A DNA stretch of 64,000 bases from Schmidtea polychroa (Eukaryota): the NCBI GenBank assembly GCA_044892525.1, contig CM097885.1, positions 46,502,001-46,566,000 on the forward strand, written 5' to 3'. Each line of letters begins with the position of its first letter. Within the stretch, counting starts at the first letter, position 1. Shown here piece after piece: positions 38,566-49,500 of this stretch. Below the pieces are notes generated by a model, which worked only from the letters and a program-made list of their open reading frames with translations, was not told the origin of the DNA and searched no databases. The position numbers and the translations under genes are program-made.

Positions 38566-39960
38566 TTAGAAATCTGTTTTCTGTAACTCATTATTATAAA
38601 ATCTACCTAATATTTTTTCATTATTTAAATCAATGATGCTATATGTTATTGGAGTTGTATAATTTATTTTATTTATAATAAAAATTTCATTTGTTCATTT
38701 TGCTGTGAATCCTTTTTCAAATTTATTTTTATATTTAAATATTCTTACTCGGTCACCAATTTTAAACTTTGGTTTTACGAATGTTGTATCAACAATAACA
38801 TCATTTTCAATATTTACCACTTTAATGGTTTCAGGATTCATGGAAGCATTTAAAGGTGTTGATTTTATAGAACTATGTACATCATTATTATATTCATTTA
38901 CAATCTTTTGTAACAACTCATTGTTCCATTTTTGTTTTCCAATAGCAGTAAAATATTTCCACATTTTATTTTTTAATGTTCTATTTAATCTTTCAACTAC
39001 GACTGCTTTTCCTTCGTTTTCTGTTGAATATAATTTAATATCATTTTCATTTAAAAACTTTGTAAAAACTTTGTTATAAAATTCTGTTCCTTTATCACAC
39101 CATAAATATTTTGGAATTCTTTGATGTTCTTCAAATATATTTTCAAATGCTTCTGTAATGGAATATCCTGTTTTATTTTCTAAACACCTTGCAAAGGCAA
39201 ATCTTGTATATAAATCTATTACAGTTAAAATTATTTTATATTTTTCAGGGTCTGATGATTTGGTTGGCATAAAGACTAAATCTGCAGACCATGTTTGATC
39301 TTTTTCATGTACTTGAACTTTTAAATATTTTTTATTTTTTCTAAATTCATGGTGTAATTCATTAGCATATTTTATTTCTGATTCTGTTGGGGTTAATAAA
39401 CTAGTCTTGGATATATTCTCGAGGGATCTTTCAGCATCTGCTTGTTCAAAAATCTTTTTATTAGCAACATCTTTTGCCATCCTTGGTAAACTAGCACCTA
39501 TGAAAATCTTACCTTTCATTGCTAATTTAACTAGAGCTCTTTGAATCTTTTCTTGGGTTGATGGATTTTGGATACTATTTAAATCATGTATTAAATTAAC
39601 ATCTGCAACATGTCTATCTCTAAGATCTTCTGAATTGTAAGCAATATCATGTTTTAAAGCTGCTTGGTCGATTCTATTTATTGGTTCTTCTCCTTGTTTG
39701 GGATTATTATTTTCATCTAATCTAATATCTAATCTTGTTCCTGGTCCGGTATAGTTGTGTTTAAATAAATGTCTTTCACCTGGATATTTTTCTGTAGTAA
39801 AAGGTTTTAATATTGAAAATGTCACTTTTGAAGATTGTAGGTCGCCTCCGGCTCGTGGAATCATGTCGCCTCCTATATGTTTTTTAGTTTTTAGATGACT
39901 TGCTTTATGATGTCTTGTAACTTGACAATTACAACTTTCACATCTCCAATAGAGAGACAT
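38566..39960 (-). pseudogene. Zinc finger - parvovirus-type PLA2 - retroviral-type integrase fusion (465 codons), one premature TGA at 38695
   Basis: CESC..HLKTKKH; YTGPGT..NRIDQAALKHDIAY; WSADL, DKGTEF, VERLNRTLK (DDE). Frame continues past TGA as TNEIF..GRFYNNELQKTDF*. Confidence 0.9.
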
Positions 39961-39977
39961 TTTAAAATGTTAAAATA

Positions 39978-41263
39978 CTAAGAATCTCCCCTAACATTTT
40001 CGATTATTGAAATCTTTCCACCATATAATTTCATTTCTATTTTCTTTTCTTCTAATATTAATGTATATACTTTAGCTTTAAAATTAGAATCCTTTGTTAC
40101 ATGAAGTGTAACATCAACATTATTTATGGCTAGGCGATCATCTTGGTCTGAAACATTTATACAAAATATAGAATATAAATTTTTGAAATCTTCTAAACTT
40201 AATTGCGGTTCAACTTTGAAATCATAACATGTTTCAATATAATTTAGATATGGGAATATGTTTTCATTATTTTCAATATTAAATTCCATTCTATTTATTG
40301 GATAATAAGAACTATTTAATTGAATTTGGATTGTTTTTAAATTATCAACTCCAATCTTTTGAATAAACAAGTTGTTATTTTTTTGGAAAGATGAATCTAC
40401 TTCTTTGAATCCAATCAAGATATATCTTGGTCGGTATGCTAAATTTGCTACCTTTATAGAATATGTTGAACCCTCTGTCATACTAAATTCACTACAGATT
40501 CTATTTAAATAATTTACATTTATAGACTTGTTGGAATTTAATCTTTCAAGGAGTTTGATTTCAGAATGTGGATTTAATGTCCATTCAGGTATATGCAATT
40601 CAAGTGTTGATATTTTTAATTTTGCTGTTGTATCCTTATCTCCATAGAACAATCTTTTATCACCTTCTACTCTATTACAAACTAATTCTATAAAAACATT
40701 ATGAAGTATACGATTATAGTTTTGAAGGAATCCAAACAAGTGTTTTAATTCAAAATAACCTTCAAATTTTTTAGATTTATAAAGTTCAGCTCTTTTATAG
40801 TAACCATAATTTATATCTAAACCATCTTTATCTAAATCTCCTTTATTAACATCAGGAATCCAGCCTGTTAATTCACCATATTCATTTTTATAATCACAAC
40901 CAGTCAAAATAAAATTTAACATTGTAGAATATACTCCCGGATGCAAAACAGTTTCAATTTCTGATGATCCTAGTTTTAATCTCATGTTGGAGAATAAATT
41001 TGGAAAGAAATTATTTTCTAGGGTTATATCTTTGTTTGCTTCAATTTCTAATTCGATTTTATAATATAATTTGGCATTACAAATATCTATAGGGTTTGAT
41101 GTTTGAAGAGATTGAAAAACTATATCACCCCTACGATTTAAGTTTGCAATAGATCCTGAAGTTGGGGAGATTTTAAGTACATCGTTTTTCTTGATTTCAT
41201 GAGTAAATTCTTTATTATAATCAAGATTTAATTTTTTTTTTCTTGAATTTTTATATTATTCAT
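39978..41263 (-). pseudogene. Major capsid protein (double jelly roll); ATG at 41263 separated by a frameshift in an A10 run (41232-41241)
   Basis: Upstream frame ISPTSGSIANLNRRGDIVF..TLENNFFPNLF joins ORF 40985. LKHLFGF, RPRYILIGF, LNSSYYP, IFCINVS motifs. Confidence 0.88.
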
Positions 41264-41319
41264 TTTTATATATTAAAATTTACACACACAAAATAGGATT
41301 AATTAAATATATTATGTAA

Positions 41320-41393
41320 GCCATTATAGCGGAGTGGGAATAGGCTTCAATTTTATCACCGGGAGTACCGGGTTCAATTTTCGATTTTGGTCA
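41320..41393 (+). ncRNA. tRNA-like Pol III unit 1 (degenerate)
   Basis: GCCATTA TAGCGGAGTGG (A-box) ... GGTTCAATT (B-box-like) ... TTTTGGTC, followed by an oligo-T run. tRNA-length spacing. Confidence 0.5.
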
Positions 41394-41562
41394 ATTTTTT
41401 TCGATATTTTTTTTCAACGGAATCTGATTCAGCGTACTGATTTTAGTATATATTTAAATTTTCAGATGGATCTTAGTGGTAGTTGTCGAGAAAATGAATA
41501 ATTAATTATTAATTTCATCAATAAATAGTCACACATTAACAACTTATTTTATATTGAGTATA

Positions 41563-41635
41563 GCTCTAATAGCTTAGTGGTAATAGCACTCGACTGCATT
41601 GCCAATACCAATGGGTTCAAATCCCATTTCGGTCA
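41563..41635 (+). ncRNA. tRNA-like (tRNA-Cys-derived) Pol III unit 2
   Basis: A-box TAGCTTAGTGG, D-arm GCT..AGC, CT-GCA loop, perfect T-arm ATGGG-TTCAAAT-CCCAT, T8 terminator. Anticodon and acceptor stems do not pair fully. Confidence 0.65.
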
Positions 41636-41798
41636 TTTTTTTTCAAATTTTTTTAACGAAATATTGATCAGCATACTCGATTTAGTACTTGTACAAATTT
41701 TTAAGGTGATTGGTCAACGGCAACTCTTGGAAATTTAAGATCAAAAACGTTTTAACTACCAAAAATTAATATATCCAATAAAAAAAATATTTATAAAA

Positions 41799-42068
41799 AT
41801 GGATGAGTTAAAAGAAAGAATGAGAAATGAATTGAATGAAGTTAAACATAAGAGAATGAAAAGAAGAGAAGAAGAGCCATTAGAATACATCAAAGAGTTG
41901 ATGGTAGATAATGAAAAGTATCGACATTTTTATATGAAGGCTGTAGATGTTGCTGATATAAGATTGAAGAAAATGAAACAATTACAGGAAAGAGTTAAAG
42001 AACTTGAATCGATTATTTATAGTCTAAAAAATGAGAAAAATCCAAACCTAGATAGCGCAGTGGGCTAG
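41799..42068 (+). CDS. Small coiled-coil Polinton protein of unknown function
   Basis: 89-aa charged helical ORF with AAAATG start. Same upstream motif as pPolB. Ends inside the right TIR. Confidence 0.6.
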   Translation: MDELKERMRNELNEVKHKRMKRREEEPLEYIKELMVDNEKYRHFYMKAVDVADIRLKKMKQLQERVKELESIIYSLKNEKNPNLDSAVG

Positions 42069-42965
42069 ACTGGCACAGTGGTTCAAATGGATGGTGGTTC
42101 AAATCCTAACTGTGGTTAGTTTTTTTTCAACATAAAATAATATTAAAAATTTGAAAATAATAGTGTGGGTATCTTAGATTTATATTTTATTTTATTTTAT
42201 TTTATTTATTTTATTTATTTTATTTATTTTATTAATTATTTTATTTTTAAACATAAATATGAAAAAAAAATTATTGAAACGGGTGATGGTGGCGAACCGG
42301 TAATTATCGCCACCTGTCTTTCGAACACCCCCGGATCGATTCTTTAATGTGCACATTTATTTCTCAGTTGTTTTCGGACCTCTTTCGGATTCACTTTCGA
42401 ATTCATTTGTACTTTCGAGCAGCACGCTTAAAACGCCGATGAAATCGTATTCGAGCGAGAAGCGAATAATAAGGTGTGCTGCTATTATCGGATTGATTCT
42501 GATGTATGAGTCTGGCCAGCTTGTATATTAGAAGAGATTTGATAAACGAAAGAGTTTGAAATGATCCGGATCAAAAAAACTGTTGAGGGGACAGTGAAAA
42601 AAAAATAAATAAAAAAATACCACTGTCCCCTCAGAGCAGTTTTACTATTTTTCATTTATTTTTTAATTTATATAATTTAAAATCAATAATCTGATAAAGA
42701 TCAACTCCGGAGTTTGATTGCGATCATAGCCCTATCCCAAATAGCCCACTAACTTTTTCATAATGCCATTTTCTTTTCTATTCTCTTTTTAGTTTGAAGC
42801 TTTTGAGTTTGAGGCTTTAAAGATTAAGGGTGGTTGTTGTTTAAAATATGGGGTTAAAATACTATAAAAACATAGGTTTTATGTTGTTTTTCTAATGGTT
42901 TAAGCGAAATGGAGGTATGTTTTTGTTGGGAGGGCTGTTTGAGTTGGGTATATATACACACTACT
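42036..42965 (-). repeat. Right TIR of Polinton (930 bp)
   Basis: Inverted copy of 29696-30733. Confidence 0.97.
42046..42119 (+). ncRNA. tRNA-like Pol III unit 3 (right-TIR copy)
   Basis: A-box TAGCGCAGTGG, tandem B-box-like GGTTCAAATGG and GGTTCAAATCC, then T8. Confidence 0.55.
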
Positions 42966-43627
42966 TACATCTCTTCTTTTGCCTCGTCTCTTCGTAGTTC
43001 ATTTTTTCTTTCACAATTTGTTGTCTTGACTCCACTGACGAAATGAAACCCATGGAGTGGCTGATGTTTTTTCCGTCTTCTCTCAATATAGTATATTTCT
43101 CAGGGACATTGTATCTATCTTCCATGTCGATGTGAGCAGTTCTGAAATCCTGGCTGTTCTCGGTGTAATCTCTTCTTTCAGATTTTGAATCTTCTTCTTC
43201 TATGCACACTATTCTTTGATATCAGTGTGGAACCTCTTTCCGTTACGAAAAACAATCTTCAAACCTGTGTCCTTCCTTGCCACATATAAGACATTTATTT
43301 CCTAGTGAACACTTATATCTTCTGTGTCCCCTTTCGCCACAGCAAAAACAATCACCTACCGTTAATTTTGGGACCTGCTTGTGGTATTTCTCAACTTTCG
43401 TTGTACAGCCTCCTTGTTATACTTTTTATGGATATTGTTGGCAGCTTCCATTCTGAACTATTCGGGATTCTCGCATTTCTCAAGAATTGTTCTGTTGGAG
43501 ATTATATTGCGTATATTGCATTATTCAAATCAATGTGTCAGTTATTCTGCAATATACATTACTATTTAAGAGTGATCCCTCTGTGTTATTAGATAATAAA
43601 TCTTTAGGTAAAACCGATTGTTGTAAT

Positions 43628-45415
43628 TGGTGACCACGCCGAAAATGTTCACACAATTGTTGGGTCATTGAGTTGGTGACAATGTTTGAAAATTCAAACT
43701 TTTACTCTGACTCCAAAGCGTGTTTATTTATTCACGATAAGCTTTATTAATATTTATTATTAATAAATTAACGGGATTTTATTAACGGGATACTTTATTA
43801 ACGGGATTGTACAAATTTCAATTACAACCAATTAACTATAAACCAATTTATCACATAGAGCTTATTTCGACACTACGTGAAGAATAGCCCTTTCTGTAAT
43901 CACAATAATAATCACTAGCCGCCAACTACTCAATTACAGGGTACGTTGATCGACTGTTCTATTTGCTTTGACCACACAATTTATTTATTCCACTTCCACT
44001 TTATATTTAATTTTACAAAAGATTTTCGCCACTTCTCGTTTCACTCTATTTTTGATTCTCCTTTTAACTCTTTTCGTATCAAATTTTACTCTACTTTTTG
44101 TCTCTAATTTCGTTCTATTTTTGCTCAACTTTTCGTACTGTTTTCGTTCTTCTTTTTGTTCTGTATTCTCAGTCAACTGTTCCGCTTTATATAGTCTGTT
44201 TCATTTGTGGCACTGGCGACAGATTCTCTTTTCCATTTTCCTTTTTCTCTACATCAGCCTTATCTCTGACAGATACAAGATATTTTTACATTTTCCCTTT
44301 TTGTTTAGCCGCCTTCTCCCGACAATTTCGCTATCTTTGACAAGCTATCAAAATACGGCTTTTTCCCTTATTTTGTTATTCTGGAATTTGATATTCCACT
44401 TTCATTTGTACTTCTTAATTAACAATGACCTTTGTTTTAATTTCTTATTTGTTTCCTTTTATTTGATTTATCTTTCTCATTTTTAATTTCTTTTTACTTC
44501 CGTTTTCTTTTCTGAGTTCCCATAGATCGTCCGTTTGTCATGGCGATCTTCCTCCCAAGTAATCTATTTATTTATTATGTTATTTATCATTTAGGTATCC
44601 TCAACACAATGACGACTCGAGGAGAAGGAAAAAGATCTGCAAGAGACGCACTACCGAAACGTGAGCAAGAACTTTTGGATATGGAAATTAGAAGATACGA
44701 TGGCAGATGTACCAAGGAAGCTGAAAATTGGATACAGGCAATTGATTATTTTTAATATTTATGGGCGCCAAATTTGATTCACAAGGATCGTTGAGAACGA
44801 AATTAATACAATCAGGCATCCAACAATGCAATTTCCAAGACGACAATCGATGTATCTAGAACAGAAAATTGACGATATGATAAAAGAGTTAACTAAAGCT
44901 GGAGTTATAAGACGCTGTAAAAGTCCATGGAGCTCCTCATTGGTTGTAGTAGGAAAGAAAGACGGATCAATAAGAATGTGCGTAGATTATCGAGAGTTGA
45001 ATAAAATGACAGAAAGAGAATCTTTCCCTATGCCCAACATATCCCAATTATTCGATAACCTATCAGGATCTAAATTCTTTACTTCTTTAGATCTTGGACA
45101 AGCATACTATTTGGTCGCATTAGCAGAAGAAATACAAGAAAAAACGGATTTAGTTCCGAAAACGGTCAATTTTTTTTCAATTGACTTCCATTTGGATTAT
45201 CAACTGCTCCAGCAACGTTTCAGCGATTAATGCACACGATGTTAGAGGGTATATTATTCAATGAAGCAATTGTTTATTTATACGATATTTTGGTATATTG
45301 CAAGGACCAGTTTGAACATGATGAGCGATTGCGAGAGGTTTTTAAAAGAAACAAAAAACATGACTAAGAATAAATCCGGAGAAGTGCGAAATTTACAAAA
45401 CCAAATTAAAATTCT
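43628..45415 (+). mobile_element. Fragmentary plus-strand Gypsy element (PBS, gag start, RT remnant)
   Basis: PBS-like TGGTGACCACG (cf. TGGCGACCACG at 59148). gag start MTTRGEGKR after the inserted LTR. SPWSS..RMCVDYRELN..SLDLGQAY. Confidence 0.75.
43658..44606. mobile_element. Solo LTR (949 bp)
   Basis: TGTTGGG...CTCAACA with perfect TSD CAAT. T-rich tract. ATTAACGGGAT x3 at ~43768-43808. Confidence 0.85.
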
Positions 45416-46048
45416 ATTTGGCTAAAAAAATAAGTTTTCAACCAACTCTCAAATCTAATGTTGTCTTATTTTAATATATTTTTGTTTGAGCATAGGATTT
45501 CCTAAGTATTTAGGGATTTCCATGTTGAGGAATTATTCATAAAATTTAATAAACCCGAAATTAAGAAAATAATAATCAAGTAGAAACAAATAATTAAAGT
45601 TAAATAAGTAATTAACGTAATAATTTTTAAATAAGTAAATTAGAGTAATGTAATAAGTAAATCAAAGTAAGATTTTTAAATTTATTAACAAAAGATTGAA
45701 TAACCACAAACCTTTTGAGAAATGTAATTATTAAATAGATTAATTTTCAAAGATAATTTTAAACGGAAATTTTTATGAAATATTTTTTTAATCTAATTTT
45801 TAATGAAAATTTTAATGAAATATTTTTAAAGTCAAATTTAAATGAAAGTTTTAAAGTCAATTTTTAATTTTCAAAGACAAATTTAAATGGAAATTTTAAT
45901 GAAATAATTTCCAAAGGTAAATTTAGATGCAAATTTCAATGATAATAAAAATAATAGTAATAATAATAATAACAATAATAATATTAATTCAACAATCAGT
46001 TAACAACAACCAGCTACTAAATATTTTTAACTAGGTGCTAACAAATAA

Positions 46049-46222
46049 GTACCAAATACTTACAACTAGATACCAAGTACGTATGTTACCAAGTACCAGT
46101 TACCAATCCATTAAGTACCATGTACTAACAACCAAGTAAAAACAACCAAGTACTTACATCTAGATACCAAGTACATACAACCAGTTACCAATCCGCTAAT
46201 TACCATGTACTAACAACCAACT
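46049..46222. repeat. Imperfect tandem repeats (TACCAAGTAC / CATGTACTAACAACCAA units)
   Basis: Repeated units visible. A related unit recurs at ~50762-50795 on the other side of element B. Confidence 0.7.
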
Positions 46223-46531
46223 AAGTATTCCTTATTGAATTCTATCAAACGATTTTTAAATTAATTTTTTTATCTGTCTTCAAAAATATTTTTAATTACA
46301 ATCAGTAGAAAAACCTTTTCTAAATGTCGAAATTTAACAAAAATGATAGAATTTCATCAAAAATAAATAATTGTCAACTCAAAACCACTGAAATGGAGGA
46401 TAATTTAAATTACAACGAAAGACCATAGAATTCTAATTTACAAAACATTCTTCTTTTAATTGATTACTACTGACATATTGCAATGTAAAAATTGTATTAA
46501 ATAAGTCTTTATTGTCGATTCGTTTTATTAT

Positions 46532-49500
46532 TGTTGGGCTAAATTTCAGAGCGGAGAAAACTGGAACGAATAGAAAGGTAAACCTCGAAAAATAAATGAA
46601 AATTAGAAATATATAAATTACCATCATATCTCATTAGTAAATAGGAAGGAACAGTAAAATACTAACAAAAGAATAAGAATAAGTAACCGAATTAAATAAA
46701 ACCCAATAAACCCCTAAGATTTAGAAATAAAACGATTTAAGACACAGCGGATAAAATAAAAATAGAATGAACAAAAAAGTGAAACAAATAAACGGGAAAA
46801 TTAAAGAAATAAATAAAAAATAAAACCATTTCTAAGTTTAATTAAAACAAAAAATTATATTACATTCAAATAACAATAAGTCCGCAGAAAATAAGAGAAA
46901 AATAAGAAAAATAAGAAAAATAAATAAAATAATAATAAGAAATAAGTTAAGTTATTAAAACCCAATACATTATAATAAAAACATAAAAAAAAATAATAAT
47001 AAATAGAAAATCACAAACAAGCTGCGTCCTGATTGGACGAAAAATACTATATATGTAACGTGAAAAATTAGAAGACACCCACTTTGATTTTTCACGATTA
47101 CAGGTAAAATTTTTAAGAAGAAGTTAACCCACTTTGATTTTTCACGATTACAGATTACAGATTACAGATCACAGATATTCCACAGAACCATACTCACAAG
47201 CACTACTTCAGAGATTCCAGAACTTACATTTACAGGAAGTTACCGAGCGACTAGTGACTAGTTTATTACGAAATCAGTTTTAAATTCAATTCGTTCCAAT
47301 TTTTCGAAGCTCTAGGTATGGTGACTTATTTTGGTTTATTAATTATTTATGTTTTGTTAATTTGATGGTTAAAATGAAAAAACAAAACTCATTTCATAGA
47401 ATAAATTTTATTTTAAATGACAATTATCTTTTCTTCATGGTGCCGGCAGCTGTATCCTCTGGAAGATCCGAGTATGATGTGGTCAGCAGAGATATGTCAC
47501 GAGGAATTTTTGTAGAATGCATCTGGGAAATGCGGAACAATTTTAGATCTTTGGAGAACATGAGCATAATTGATGAGATGGTTATAAAAGTGATGATTGA
47601 GTACGCAGCTCGAGAAAGAGGAGACATCATACTTGGATGCCAGATGATATGGTTGCCGGGTAAGAATTTTTATATTTATTTATTTTGTTCATGATTTATT
47701 GCTTTATGATCATACATTATGCTAATATGTTGAAGATGAATAAGTCGATTGGTCCCTCATGACGGTGCAAGAATGGCGGCAGAAATGAACGCCTTCTTGG
47801 GTGTGTCATGAGGGGTGAAGAGACTTGGTAGATGAGATGCTTTTGCGGAGTAAAATTATTCCACCGAGTGCGATCGTGTTGAGATTAATTCCATTCTTGT
47901 GACGAAAATTTCAAAAATGAGTGTTAACGAATTTTAGAAATGGTTAAGAATTTAGCCAGATAGCGACATTTGATATTGACATTGAGCTAATAGTAATCCA
48001 CGCAGGCAAAGAGGATCCTCATGACAGTCAGGTCGTCGTTAGAGCATTTGTCGGAGGCATTACCATCACCATTTCACGAATCAGTCAGAGATATTGTATA
48101 ATGTCTTCACCTTCTGTGGAATTCGATTTTCTTTAAATCTGTCACCCGGTTGTTAGCAGTTACATCCACCATCGATGTACTCTTGAATGTCGAATTTCTG
48201 TCCTTGAGCCACAGACACCAGCAAGGAATAATCTTTCTCTGACGGGTAGGTAAACACGGTACGATAACAATTTAGGAATACTTACTATGAGGTCGAGGGA
48301 AATTATCGTCAACGATAACCGTATTCAATTGATCTGCAATAGCCAGTTTACCGTCAGCCAACAGGGTTATCTGATAATGTTAAAATTAAATTGATGATAT
48401 ATCGCTCTGTGGGTAGGAATAATAGAGTGAACCAGCTAATAATCCTTATCCTGAGTCAACATCATGAAATGAAATTTGATAACAAAGTCAACTTACCCCG
48501 CACTCTGCTACATCGTCGGTTGTTTGAGCTGATAAATCGGATGCCCAATTTGTCTACTGCTTCTTGTCGAAAAATTGATTATGTAATCCATTCTCTTCTG
48601 TCATAGTACACACGCACACTTCTGTCACTCCCACGTAATGCGGGGTACAAATGAATCTACCGCTTGGCAGGAAATGCTGGTGAGGTAATGATCACGTGAG
48701 CATATAGATTTCTTCAGAAATAAATTTTTACTAGACTAGGGTGAGGATTGGATTTTTCTCCATTCTGCTAGACAAGCACTAATATCTTCCAATAGTATAG
48801 ACAGTTGCTCGAGATAACAGCTAATGCACAATTATAATTGAGATCGGAAGATTGACACCTCCAGCTATCCAATCAGAATGTACAACTAAATAAATGTCTC
48901 CATGACGACGAATTCCGCGTATAATTTAAATCACTGGAAATTTTAATTTAATATTCAGTTTTCTATTTAAATTTTCTTATTATAATCCCCCTAGCGTAGA
49001 TTAACATATAATTAGCCATAAGTTGTCGGGGATTTTGGTCTCGTTTTAAAGTCATTAAGAATATTTACATCTATAGAAAGCTGGGACAGTAATGAGAAAA
49101 TTAGAGAATAACGATATGATAAGGAAGCGGACCTAGATCAGAGGCGTTTCTTAATCAAATTCCCGTTCCTTTTTTTCCGTAAACGATTGTATGAGTGAAT
49201 TTGAATGTTTGTAGTGGAATGCCAGCGAACGGAGATGGATGATGAGATCTGTGGATTGTCATTGGGTGAGATGATGGATAAGATGGCCAGCTTGTGTCCT
49301 AAACTCGACTATATCATTCGAAAATAAATGTCCTGACTCGATATAAAACCAATTGATTTTCTAGAATGACGACATCTTCCAGCAACACTAAGGAACTTCG
49401 ACCGTGCTTCTCGTGTGCGGAAAAAAATGCCGACATAGCACAACTTCACCTATACATTGGGGCATTGAAGAAGAGAATCGATCTCTATGAGGGTACGTGG

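Larger units (their letters stand above)
29696..42965. mobile_element. Polinton/Maverick (adintovirus-like) endogenous virus-like element, 13270 bp, lacking ATPase
   Basis: AGTAGT...ACTACT termini, long TIRs, 6-bp TSD CACATC/TACATC. pPolB, rve integrase, adenain, MCP and penton present. Confidence 0.97.
26806..43590 (-). mobile_element. Degenerate Ty3/Gypsy retrotransposon split by the Polinton (gag ~43590-42966; pro-RT-RH-IN ~29690-27365; PPT ~27352-27364; probable 3' LTR to ~26806)
   Basis: Two CCHC knuckles (CFCCGERGHRRYKC, CLICGKEGHRFEDC) right of the Polinton. WDSG protease, RMCVDYR, YLDD, LDTDAS and integrase fragments left of it. Outer limits approximate. Confidence 0.85.

Noticed and set aside
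38705..39079. Antisense ORFs over integrase, pPolB, pol and transposases (e.g. 33251, 34590, 28234, 52547, 60975)
   Set aside because: Shadows of real coding sequence on the opposite strand.
41563..41635. Functional tRNA-Cys gene
   Set aside because: Anticodon and acceptor stems cannot pair, so it is kept only as a tRNA-like Pol III unit.
42418..42483. Twister-ribozyme resemblance (P1, UAA, AAGC loop) in the TIR
   Set aside because: No P2 partner or T1 pseudoknot could be placed. An Rfam scan is needed before any claim.
43968..44486. 172-aa hydrophobic ORF, also 10046-10261
   Set aside because: Arises from T-rich or A-rich low-complexity LTR tracts.
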